Shown piece after piece: positions 25,311 to 37,127 of a DNA stretch of 64,000 nt; within the stretch, counting starts at the first letter, position 1, and each line of letters opens with the position of its first letter. A model generated the notes under the pieces. That model was not told the DNA's origin, did not search any database, and worked only from the letters and a program-made list of their open reading frames with translations. Origin of the DNA: Lama glama (lineage: Eukaryota). The position numbers and the translations under genes were made by a program. The stretch lies in NCBI GenBank assembly GCA_028534125.1, contig CM052817.1, positions 13,828,001-13,892,000 on the forward strand, written 5' to 3'.

Positions 25311-25609
25311 AAACGCTAGTCCTCAGAGCTGAGCTTGAATGCTACGCCTGTCACGACACCTCCAGAGGCTGTGCCGCAGCTGGAATCTGCTCATTTCTCA
25401 GTGTAGTCCACGTTGCCTCTCTTCTGGCACTGGAGACTATCTGCCTCAAAATATGGCAATTTGTAGGCTCATCACCCATCACCATGCACTCTCTGAGGTC
25501 AGAATTGACGCTTTGTTCACTCTCTAGTAGGTACCTACCACTGCGCCTTGGTTTGCCCCTTTGTAAATTATGTACTTGTTTATTTACTTACATGGAGTTT
25601 TCTTAATGT

Positions 25610-25990
25610 ATTATGTGCTGCTCATATTGTCCCAGCCTTCCATGAACTCAGAGTTTATTGGGGGGAAGCAGATATAATAACAAGGAAGTACCAAGCTTGG
25701 TAAGTACGAAGAGTGTCCTGCACTGAGCAATACAGAAGATAGAGAGGATGTCTAGCTCAGAGTAAAGGTAAGCACAGTGTTCAGGGAGTCATTCTTCAGG
25801 AGGTGCCAACCGAGATGCGAATAAAAAGGTAAGTAATCCAAGGGCAGCGTGCAGGAGGAGGACCAGAGCGAAGTGTCCAGGCTGAGGGGACAGCCTGGAC
25901 AAAGGTTCCAAGGCAGGAAACAGCTGCATGGTATACACAGGAAGTACAGGCAGGTCGAATAGATAGAGAACAAAGTGGGAGGGAGACGAG
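25610..25990 (-). mobile_element. L2 LINE fragment
   Basis: cagccttccatgaactcagagttt...cagggagtcattcttcaggaggtg...caaaggttccaaggcagg. Confidence 0.55.
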
Positions 25991-26334
25991 TGGCTACTCA
26001 GGAAGGGGGAACACATACTTTACAAATGTAAAGAAGCAAAATGCTTTTTGTAAACAAATACAACAGTGTGATAAGCAAACATAAACACTAACAATATTAA
26101 AAAGTAAATGCGGACTGATCTATAATGCTAACATGCAAAAGGCCAGCATCAGCCCTGGTACTTTGCACCTTTATGACTGGTTTTTGATTCTGCTCCCTGA
26201 CACAGCTCTGAGAGTCTAACTGTGGCTTCCTCGCTGAGACGTCTTTGTATACTCACAGGAAGCTATAGACTACTTATTGTGTACGGTTAAGAGTCACTTA
26301 ACCAACAATTATTTCAGATAAAGCAGTCTAGCCA

Positions 26335-26790
26335 CTGTGCTGGGCTGAACGGCACCCCCCCCCCCATTCACGGCGATCTGGGCATCAGAATGTGAGCTTA
26401 TTTGGAGGCAGGGTCTTTGCAGGTGACGTTAGTTAAGATAAGCTCATGTTCGACTGCAGTGGGCCCCAAATCCATCTGGTGTCCTTACAAGGAGAAGAAG
26501 ATTTGAAGACAGAGAGATGGACACCAGAGAGAGAAGGGGGCCATGTAAGGATGGGGGGAGAAGGCGGGGCAAAGCAGCAGCAAGTCCAGAAACGCCGAGG
26601 AGTTCCAGCAACCGCCAGAAGCTCGGAAGCCCTGGGAAGACTCTTCCCTGGGGCCTTCAGAGAGACACGACCCTGCTGACATCTTGATTTCAGACTTCTA
26701 GCTTCCAGAACTGTGAAAGAATATATTTTTATAGTGTTAGGCCACACAGTTTGTGGTAATTTGTTACAAAAGCCTTGGGAAACTAATATA
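26335..26790 (+). mobile_element. MaLR LTR (MLT1C-like)
   Basis: tgtgctgggctgaac...tcagaatgtgagcttatttgga...ccctgctgacatcttgatttcagacttctagcttccagaactgtga...tttgtggtaatttgttac...ggaaactaatata. Confidence 0.9.
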
Positions 26791-27055
26791 ACAACTTAAC
26801 TAGATCAGGCACAGACACCCTGTTTCTCAATTTGGCCTGATAACCGCAGAAGCGTCTTCTCCCTTCCTGTCCTACACAACTTCATTTCCACAGAGTGCTC
26901 CGCGCAATCTCGCAAATTGGAAGCATGACCAGACTCTCTTAAAGGCCAATGAATTTACTCTTGTTCTCTTAATGCACTAAAATCAGGTAAACGACTCTCA
27001 TTTAATCTTAAATAAATTTGAGCTTCATCACATTTTCCAAATACAAAACTCTTAC

Positions 27056-27158
27056 GGTCTTTGTACAGATATATCTTCTTCACATAAAGTCGTTTCAGGT
27101 TCAGTGCATATTTGTTGAATTTTGCCCAAAGTGCTATTTCCCAAGGCCTATTGCCTAA
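27056..27158 (-). other. Putative exon C (acceptor at 27158, 27154 or 27147)
   Basis: ACC|gtaaga donor; clustered AG acceptors tttcttgattag|ttag|gcaatag|; two frames are open from 27147. Confidence 0.3.
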
Positions 27159-28269
27159 CTAATCAAGAAATATTACTTATGTAGCAAAAATATCCAAGTC
27201 TGCAAATAAGTCTGGTATCCGTTTTACTAGTGTATCAACTTTGACAAAGATGAAGGTTCTGAGGTTCCGACATCTTGGAAGTATGCCTCAGTACTGAGTT
27301 GGCTCTATTGGTAGAAAACAGATTGTTACCGCTCCCCTCTCTGACAGTGATAGGAGGCCACTGAGCTCTCCTCGCAGGGCTAACCACACGCGGATCCACA
27401 GGAGGATCCAAGGTGATTACACCTCTCTTTAGATGTTTCTGCCCACTCTTGAGAATGCCACTTCAGTATTCATCTCATTCGACAAAGATGGGAAACTATT
27501 TGTCAGGAGGTGAGGGCACGGGTGGCGCGGCACTTGGAGCTGCAATAACACCGGTAATTCGTGGACGCTAGGCCTATTTATCTCTGACTTTCAAACCTTG
27601 AGCACAGAGGCCTGACTTTCCCGATTGTGGTCAATGTCAAGACACAGATAAGCACACGCACTCAATCAGAGGAAGGAGGGAAGCTGCCTGATAGACACGG
27701 GCACACAGAAAGAATATGAGCAGGTTAATAACGCTTTCCTCAATGAGGTGAAACTATCTGTTCTTTACCCCAATGCCTGTGCTTGACAAAGGGACCTTGA
27801 TTCACTGCTGCTGATAAATTGCTGGGTAGGATGAATACCTCTGTGATCAGACCCTGTCATCTGTTGGAGATATTGCTTCTGTTCTTGTCCCTGGTAAGCA
27901 CAGGTACAAATTCCCCTGCAAAGGCTTTAATCTCAGGGGTGTAAAGCATCAGTATTTCTCTGAAGAAAGTGCTGTGGACACAGAAGAGCAATATGATAGG
28001 GTTGTTGAATTATAAAGTTGGACTTATGCATAATGATTCAATGAAGATATCATATTTTAACCTATTTATCAAATAGTTCTTTATCAATGACTACATGATA
28101 GATAAGGAAGGAAGGAACTGAATAAAAAGAATTGGATAACAATTGGTTATAACAATTGGCTTCTGGGAATGTCTAATAGGCAAAACATATATAAACCTAA
28201 GAATTATTTCTTATATATCACTCAATAGCTTTTATACCTATTTACTATAATTGAAATATAACTTATTAA

Positions 28270-28960
28270 ATAAATTGTTATTGAGAATCTACTACATGTT
28301 AGGCACTGCTGTAGATCTGGGGTTTAATTCATTTATGATGGAACAGTAGAATAATATCATTCATTCATTCAATTATTCATTCATTTATATAGTCACTCAT
28401 TCATATATTCACTCCAAAGCATTCTTACGAGTACACATCCTCTGCAAAGCATTATTCCTTGTCTTCATGGAAACTCTGTCCAGTCCAGTGCAGAAGTTTG
28501 GTAAGAAAATAATTGCTTAAAATGCAACATGATATATATGTATATTTATAAAAAATACATGAGGTTTGGTCATAGAGATAAAGAGGTGATTAGCTTGGGA
28601 GGAATGTAGGAATGAGTAAAAGGGGCAGGTGGGATAGACGGAATTCACTGAGAAGATGGAATCTGAAAGATGATTGGCTAGAAACTTGCTAAAGAACATC
28701 GAAGACAAAAGATATCCAGTGAGAAGGGCAAAATGCATGCTGTTAAACAGAAAAAGGAAAGAGAAAATTACAGCAGTCTGATATCACTAATAGGAAGGTA
28801 TGAGCCAAACAGGTGTGGAAAACAGAAACAGAGAGAGAGAGACAAGAGTCAAGTTAATTGAAGACTGAAAAATGTCCACTGAGTCTGGGATTTAGGAGGT
28901 CACTGGTGACACGAGAAAAAGTAATTTCAGTGGACTGGGGACAACACAGCTGGATCATAA
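28270..28960 (-). mobile_element. L2 LINE fragments
   Basis: ttattgagaatctactacatgttaggcactg, cattcattc repeats, gaagactgaaaaatgtccactgagt...ggaggtcactggtgac...atttcagtgga. Confidence 0.7.
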
Positions 28961-29679
28961 TTAGTCATAAGACTGTATGTCCCAGGAGGTCAGGGCTTAA
29001 CTCTTCATGTCTGAACATAGATGGTGCCCAGTAAATATTTCCTAACTATTGAATGGATACATTCATCACATTTTAATGTAAATACAAGAAAGGAGAGAGT
29101 ACAAGGCTTCAGGAAAGAGGGTCATGATCTAAGAAAGACTCATAAGTATATTTATAGATTCATTGTCAGGGAAGTAGAGACTCAAGATTCAGAAGAGAGG
29201 TTAATACCAGAGAACAAGAGCCCAGGAGAGGTGTGGGCAGTTGGGGAGCGAGAAGGGAAGGGAAGAAATCAGAACCACTGGAGAGGAATGAACCTTGAAG
29301 CAGAAAGAACACATTGATTCTTAGGTCAGTCAGTTTATCAGGAAATGTGTATGGAACACCTTCTATGTTCTGGGGACTGTAAGATTCCCTACAGAGTTTC
29401 AGAGATGTATCCAGAATCATCCTACCTCTTTGTCAGCATTCTTTCATCTCAATTCACTGACCTTCAACTTTTTTAAAAGAGTGATCCACAGAAACACACC
29501 TTATGCCATGACCCGCAAAACACTCTCAGACACAGACACCATATACCAAAGTTTCACAGAACTTATTCCTGGCATGTACTTAACTTACTATGTGTCATGC
29601 ATTGTGACAGCTTGTGTTTTATTCCATTTTATTAAAAAATGCTAGCTAAGACCTACAATATGTATTTCAATATACAAGA

Positions 29680-30122
29680 GTCTTCAGGGGAATTTTAATT
29701 TTTTTTTGTACTATGGGCACCTTTGCTGGCCTGGTGGAGCCTGTGGACACCTCAGAAACTTGTGTTTTTGATATATGAAACATAAGACATAAGGTTACAA
29801 AGAAAATCAACTCTGTTACAATGCAGTTATCAAAAATTAAAATGACACATTAGCAACAGGCCTAATAACAATTATAATTTTGAAGCATGAAGAACATGGA
29901 GAGTATTTGAGGTATCTATAATTGTAACATGACATGAAAATATTTTAAAGTCTGTTGCTCATGAAGTTACAGAACTACTAATGATAATGTGGCTTCTGCT
30001 GTCTACATTTATAATTAAACAAAATGCTAACTTTCTGTTAGGGTTAATAGAAACAACGATGGAATGCATTCAGGTTCATGGACCCCCTGAATGTTCTGGC
30101 CCACCTACCCCAGGTTAAGGTC
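29680..30122. mobile_element. hAT-Charlie (Charlie4a-like) DNA transposon
   Basis: ttttttgtactatgggcacctttgctggcctggtggagcctgtggac...gcagttatcaaaa...gttcatggacccc...ccccaggttaag. Confidence 0.7.
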
Positions 30123-30169
30123 TTTGTGCTAATGGCGGTTTGCAAACTGGCTCCTGGCTCTCTCTCATT

Positions 30170-30595
30170 TCCTAGACTCTTATCCTCATGTCCTACTCTT
30201 AGTCATTTCAGTCTTCTTGCCTTTCATCAAACCCTCGGGGCATGTCTCTACCTCAGGGCCTTTGCATTTGCTACACCCTCCTCTGTCTATCCTTTTTTCC
30301 ACAGGTATTTCTGGCTTGCTTCTTCAGTGCATTCAGGTCTCTGATCAAATGTCCCTCGTCAGAGATGCCACCCTGACTGACAGCCTTAGAAGAGCGCCTC
30401 CCCCATCACTCTCTGTTCCTTTACACTGCTTTGTGTTTCTTTACAGCATTCGTTTAACGAGCAGTGCATCAGAGAACTATTTGCTTATTTGGTTAGTGAT
30501 TCCCCTGTGTAAGTTCTCTGAGGTAGGGATTTCTTTGGTTGTACTACATCACAGTGATTGCCATGTTGAGAGTGGTCAGTTAATATCTGTTAAAA
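30170..30595 (+). mobile_element. L2 LINE 3' fragment
   Basis: cctcagggcctttgcatttgct...cattcaggtctctgatcaaatgtc...taagttctctgaggtaggga. Confidence 0.8.
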
Positions 30596-31127
30596 CAGAT
30601 CATTGCAACAGGCTATGACAGGTGCTTAAATGTGGGGTATATCCAATGTGCTGGGGGCTCAGAGAGGAAGGACAGCTCCTAGGAGGAGATACTGACTGGG
30701 TACAGTCTTCATATCATCAGAGACTGGAGGAAAGGAGAAAATGAATCACTTCAATGGAAGAGACGTTTTGATTTCAATCTAGATAGTCTAAAATCACGTT
30801 TAATGAAGATAAATGGCTTTTTCAGTTGTACCTTAATGGCCCTGATTTTGCATTTTCTCTCTACTCTTTCAGCTCTGCATTAATTACGGACTTATGGAAG
30901 AAGCAACCAAAGTAGGCATGTATAAATAACAGATGACAATGTAAATATCATGTAAGGGTTTGGAAAGAAGAATTCCATTAACAAAGAACTGGGCAGGTAG
31001 GGTTGGTATAGCATTTGTATTGATATAACCACATTACTTTTCAGAAGGTAAATTAGATTCATTTTTTCATTAAAACACATTACAACGATTTAAATCCATC
31101 AAGAGGGAAATGTAATGTTTGCTTAAC

Positions 31128-31268
31128 CTGCAAATCATGGATTCTACTGACATATTCCGTATTCAAAAGGCTTTTCTCCTCATTCAAATTTTTGTATTAA
31201 CCATTCTTGAGACAGGCGTGGTTTTATGCCGATTGAGCGTTTCAAGATAAAATGTCAGCGAGTCTTAC
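31128..31268 (-). other. Putative exon B (141 nt)
   Basis: Strong acceptor ttactgtatttcacattttcag| and weak donor CAG|gttaag; ATGs at 31204 (agaATGg) and 31153; lies in repeat-free DNA. Confidence 0.35.
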
Positions 31269-32379
31269 CTGAAAATGTGAAATACAGTAAGTTATATCTG
31301 ATACTAAAATCAGGAATTGATGCAATTTTAATTAGCTTCCAGTTAGTGAGCAAATATTCAATAAATGGTCATTCAGTTTTCCCTTCAAGATAGGCATTCA
31401 GTTGGTGCACGTTCTCCTCTAAGTTACATCCTTTTGTCCGTCAAGACATAATGCCATGGAGAGGTACGTATGCAGTGAAACTACCTGATGCCATGTACAA
31501 CACAGAAACCTAATTAGTGCATCATTTATTATGTACTAAAAACATGGACATTCAAAGGGTCAGAAAAAGATAACAGTTCTTTCGCTCATTTATTCTACTG
31601 ATGTTGAGATCAAAATCATGCTGGGCTGTGTTTGGCGCTGGAGACATAAAGGGAACTCGTCAGCTGAAGTACCTGCCTCATGGAGCTCACCTTCTAACAA
31701 GGGAGTAGATAATAAATAAGCACAAAGTTAGTGAGTTCAGGTACCTGCAAGTGTTATGAAGACAATAAAACAGATAATAGGATTTGGTCCACATCAATTT
31801 TCAAAGTCCCTTTGAGTAAAGGCAATCTAATTTAATCATTGGTCCTACCAAGCCCTCATAATTCAACAGTAGCTTCCTCTAGAAGCAAGGAGAATTCCTA
31901 CACTCCTTGACATTTTCAGGCCATCTGTAGCAGACAACAGATCCCATGGGAGCAAACGCTTTTTTTTATCCAATCTCTTCCAGCAAGTTACTCATTCCAA
32001 TAAAATTCTTCACCAGGAGGATTTCCCAAATGTCATTCACCCCTTCTTGTCTGTTTCTATTGCCTCCCAATCCTTAGCTTCAAGCCCTGTTGATTTGCCT
32101 GAGAAATCCCGTGTGATAAGATCCACTAGGGAAAGGCTTCCTAGCTTCCATGTAAGTCTGAAAGGCGATGGTAGATTGAACTGGAGAACAGGGACAGCTG
32201 GAAGGAAAGCAACTGGGGAATCAAAGTCTAGAGAGTGAATGAGAAATCACTCTCTGAGGGGGTTGCCACTTCCAAAATACCTCCCCCACTATTCCTTATA
32301 GCTAGCCATCCCTTGGAATATTATTGAGACATGTGTCCCTTAAAATTGCACATTTGCTTTAATGTCACAATTTTTCTTG

Positions 32380-33020
32380 TCAAAGACTACCTGAAGGAAA
32401 TAACAAGAGATGCAATCGAATATTTATCCATAAGGATGTTCAGCTCATTGTTATATGATTGAAAAATTGAAGATAACCAGCAAGGATCTAATGTATAGCA
32501 CAGAGAACTATATTCAATTTCTTGTAATAACATATAATGGAAAAGAATCTGAAAATAAAATATATATGTATGTATATGTATAACTGAATCACTTTGCTGT
32601 GCACCTGTAACTAACAGTGTAAATCAACTACACTTCAATAAAAAATTTTTTAAAAATTAAAAATAAGAACCTAATAGTCCAACATAAGGAACTGGTTAGA
32701 TAAATTAATGCATATCCTTATTTGCTTATGTATGTGGATTTCTACAGAGCTTTTACAAATGGTATTGCAGAATATTTAACGAGGATGTACTGTTGATTAA
32801 AAAAGAGGTGAAAAAAAGCAGTTTATATACAAGATATGCAGTGCAATCCAGATTGTGCATGTGTTCACAGAAAAATTACTTAGCATATGTATCACTGAAA
32901 GTTAATAGTGGTAATTTGGGTAGTTAAAAAAAACCTCTTTAGTTATGCTTTTCCAAAGATTTTTCAAAATTTTCTACAGCCAACATGAGTTAGCTTTTAT
33001 GATCAGGAAAATTTGTTATT
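32380..33020 (+). mobile_element. Old L1ME fragment hosting a younger L1
   Basis: taaggatgttcagc...aaaaattg / aacctaatagtccaaca...actggttagataaattaatgcatatcc...gttaatagtggt. Confidence 0.65.
32477..32652 (+). mobile_element. 5'-truncated young L1 3' UTR
   Basis: caaggatctaatgtatagcacagagaactatattcaat...actgaatcactttgctgtgcacctg...tgtaaatcaactacacttcaataaaaa. Confidence 0.9.
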
Positions 33021-33591
33021 TGGTTGAAGACCCTCCTTTTGAGTGGTGAACACATCTTGAAGAGGCAACAGGTTCATCTTTGACAATTAAGTGGGGCTTG
33101 TAGCTGGGTCTGTGGGTGAAAAAAGGTGCAGACTAACAGCAGAGCACAGAGTGGAGCTTGTTACAAGCTTTGGTCTTTGCAGACAAATAACCAGATGGGG
33201 TGCGAGGAGCTCTGCTAAGAAACAACAGGAATAGATCACAGAGGCCTTGGGAATCAGCCGATGGGGCCTGCCTCACATTGTGAGGAGATTCACTGGGCAG
33301 CATGTGTCACTCTCCGAGTGGGGCTGAGGCTCTGTGTCTGCTTTGCATCACCTGGTTTTGTTTTAAGCTCCACAGCAGGCCTTGAGGTACCGACTAGAGT
33401 CTGCTGGCTGAGCTCTAGACTTCCCACCACGGATTCCTTACAAGAGAGGGTGCAAGGCATTCAGCCATTCAGACTGCAGTATGGCCCTGGGTGCCATGGC
33501 AGGTGAAGGGGTGGCTTCCCTACCACCTCTTGGGATTGTTGGAAGGGCCAGAGAAAGGAGAAGTGCTTTTCTGAATAGATATTATACATCA

Positions 33592-33910
33592 CAATCCCCT
33601 TTGATCTTTCTTCCCCTTCTGGGACCCCTATTATGCTAAGATTGGCACGATACTATCCCATAGGTCCCTTATGTTGCTTTCATTTATTTTTAATTGTTTA
33701 TCTTGCAGTTGTTCTGATAGGGTGCTTTCTGTTGTCCTGTCTTCTAGGTCACTAATTTGTTCCTCTGCATTATCTATTCTGCTTTGCACAGCCTTTAGAT
33801 CTGTTCTCATCTCAGCCAATGAGTTTACCAATTCTACTTGGCTCTTCTTTATAGCTTCGATTTCATTTTTAACATATTTTATATCTCTAAACACTGTATC
33901 TTTTAGTTCC
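33592..33910 (-). mobile_element. Internal L1 ORF1 fragment (coiled-coil to RRM start)
   Basis: Translates to EIEAIKKSQVELVNSLAEMRTDLKAVQSRIDNAEEQISDLEDR...NESNIRDLWDSI, then after a frameshift RANLSIIGVPEGEERSKG, which is typical of L1 ORF1p. Confidence 0.93.
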
Positions 33911-36644
33911 AAATGACTAACCAAATGATCCTGTGTAATAAAAAGCTTTGCAATTTGTGAACACTTCACTTGGGTGAGAACATTAGCAAATATTATATTG
34001 TTCTTGAGACTCTGCCTCTGTGGTATCATCTGTAAATGGAGATAATAATTGTATCCAGATTGGTACAGTGACTGAATGTGTCCATGTATCTAAAATACTA
34101 AGCAGAGTGTCTAACATATGTTAGTACTTATTGTTAGTTATTATTATTATTACTATTACTGTTGTCAACATCAACATCATAGCCATTACTCTCCATGAAT
34201 TTGACTCTTCTCAGGGTGATTCATGGAAGTAGCTGGTACTTCCTTCATATGTATTTAATCTCTGAACAAAATAACTGCTTCATAATAGAGACTCTTCTTT
34301 ATAAGATAGCTTTGCTAATTTTTGGTGATCATTAAAAGTACAATGATGACTTAAAAACAGCCCTCAGTCATTTCAAGACCTTTCATAGAACAGCTCTGCA
34401 TATGGACCAAAAAGTTATTATTAATGTTTAGAGATAGAAATGATGAAAGAAATTTTTGTTTCTGTGCAAATATCTTTACTCACAATTATTAAGCAAATGA
34501 CATTATGCATTAAAGCTGCAAAGGAGCCTAAGAATGTAGGTTGGTGCCCTCATAACAGGGTCTCATCCCAATGCATCACAGAGTGTTTGGAACCTGGAAG
34601 TCTCAGAGTTCGAGGGGGCCATGGAAGTCATCTGTAAGCTTATATGAGCTTTGCATGAATAACTCCAGGAACTACAAACTCTCCACCTGTAATTACCAGG
34701 TGACTTAAATAGTTTCTGCACTGCAGGAAACAACACACAAGCCAAAACCATAAAATCCCTTACTTACTCTGGTCCTTCAGTAACTGGTTTAATAAACCAG
34801 TTCATATCTTTTTTCCATTGTCGAACGTAGTATTACTGATGATTACAGAATCAAAATCAAAACAAAAACCCTGTTCTTTAGAATGCTTATTGCATGAATT
34901 GCTAGAAGTCTTGCTGGTTGGAGAAAACCACTAGTCAGTTTATTGAGAAAATTACATGTGCCAAGACTCATAGGCAAGAAGTGAAGGTTTTCCTGCAGAA
35001 TCACTAAATTCACTGAGATTGGGAGAGCTTTAGCAAGTTGTAGCAAACATGGGTAAATTGTCAGTGAGGCAACCACTAGCCAAAATGGCTTTCCAGAGGA
35101 GGAAGAAACTTTGCATTGGCCCATTTAGTTAGCTCAAAATTTTAATAAAAAGGTCATTTTCATTTTTCATTCATTTTCCTTAATTGTGGAAGATTAACAA
35201 ATGCTCGCAAATACTTTACTTTCATATCATTGTTTCACCAAAACCAGGCTGTAGATGGCTAAAGATCAAAGTCATTCCTAAAATAGCTTCTCTGTAAACT
35301 GTTCGATAATTTGAATACTTTATTTTTGCTTTTTGGATAGATGAATGTTTACCAGCCATAATGCTGTTTCACAATGACAGAAATCCTACGTTTATACCAG
35401 TAGAAAAAAAGTAATTTTGGAAGAAGCCATTTGCAATTGGCTATGGATCTATTCTATTTATAATATTTAATACAAACACACAAATCCCACAGAGAGGAAA
35501 ATGTCTTTCCAGTTGAATTCTCTATCAAACTGAGACCTAGAATGTTAATTCTGCACCAGTGTTGATGAGTTCTGATTCTAAAAATATTCCTTTTAATGCA
35601 TCACCAAATACTTAAGTTTGAGGTTAGCTGAAACTATTAGAATATTTTTCAACTTTTATAACAAACGTTTTATTAAAATGCACATTTAAATGAGACGCAT
35701 CTCTGAGACCTGATTCCTTAAGTTGCTAAGTCCTCAATAACAATAATTAAAGCTTCCATCTCATTACTAATAAAATGACAAATTGAATATCGTTTATGCG
35801 CTACTAAAATTAAAATTCATTTTAGAAAAAAATCTTGGATTTTACTGAATCAGAAGTCAACACAGATTGATAATTTGCTCAAACCTAATACATCTATTTC
35901 CAAAATATAGATAAAACAGATAGAAAGAGAAACAAATTCCTTTATATTCAATATGAATAAAAATCCAGGGTACTGCCATTGGTGGGATGACAGTCAGTCT
36001 CAAATCTTACCTTTAGGACTTACAAACCACTTGACCTATGACTGCTTTATTCACCTCAGTTTTCTTTTTTATTAAATGTAGCTACTAATACTGTCTTACT
36101 AGATTTCTACAAGGTTAAAATGAGAAAGCAGATGCGTTTTCTAGGCAATGAGGAGTAGATGGGTTTCTGGAGGCTTACTCCATTTCCCGGCCATCGCTGA
36201 CTGCCCTGACCACATCGCATCTGCCCCCTGTACACTCCTTATCATGGCACTTGGAAGAATTATAATTGCACGTTTGTCTCTATTCACTTCTAATTTGGGT
36301 GAGCAGATAGGAACCTCAGATTCAAGGAGCTATGCCTATAAGCTCTGTGAACGCAGTATTTCATTTTGCTTTTGTCTTTGTTTTGGTTCATTATTTTTGC
36401 TCATTTTTATATATTCCATGTTTTCACAATGACTTTCACAGAGCAGGAGCTTAACAAACATCTGTGGAGTGAACAAACACACAAAATCCCTGTAAATCAC
36501 GTGTGATAAGCTTATGTGGGAGGAATCATATCTAAGACTAATAGTCAGGGTCAGATGAGAAAGAGTAGTCAGTCAGACTCGGAACTGGAAATCCAAGAGG
36601 CACAACTGAGACCACACCAAGAATGAGAGGACCTGAGGGAACCA

Positions 36645-37127
36645 AGTGGCAGACAGGTGCGTCAGGTGGCCCTCCATGCCTCCCACCTGCTGACTTCCAT
36701 ATCTTTGTGTAATCGTCTCCCCTGAGCTTGGGCAGCACCTGTGACTTGATTCTAACCAAGGGAATATGGCAAAGGTGATGCAATGTGCTTGATTACATTA
36801 TTTAACACTGCAGTGTCTGGGTTGCAAGTTTCTTTCTCTCTTTCTCTCTTACTGATTTTGAAGAAGCAAGCTGCCATGAATTCTACAGTCACAAGGAATT
36901 GAATGCTGCCAACAAACATATAAGCAGTGAAACAGATCCCTCCTTCATCAAACCACCAGATGAGAGCCCACTCCTGGCCAACATCTGGATTCCCACCTTG
37001 TGAGACCCTAACCACAGGACACCTCCAAGCTGTGTGCAGACCCACAACAACTGTGACATAATAAATGCAGTGGTTTAAGCCACCAAATTTGTGTTACTTT
37101 GTTACACAGCAATAGAAAACTAATACT
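36645..37127 (+). mobile_element. MaLR LTR (MLT1E/F-like)
   Basis: gtggcagac...ttgtgtaatcgtctcccctgagcttgggcagcacctgtgacttgattctaacc...gtttaagccaccaaatttgtg...acagcaatagaaaactaatac. Confidence 0.9.

Noticed and set aside
25102..25606. His/Thr-rich ORFs
   Set aside because: Artefact of the (CA)n microsatellite
31140..31250. KRAB/zinc-finger-linker-like reading of exon B (..QKFE*GEKPFEYG..)
   Set aside because: Several stop codons, no C2H2 pattern and too short a resemblance
33631..34029. 132-aa ORF as a functional gene
   Set aside because: L1 ORF1 fragment joined to flanking unique/MIR sequence and frameshifted at its end
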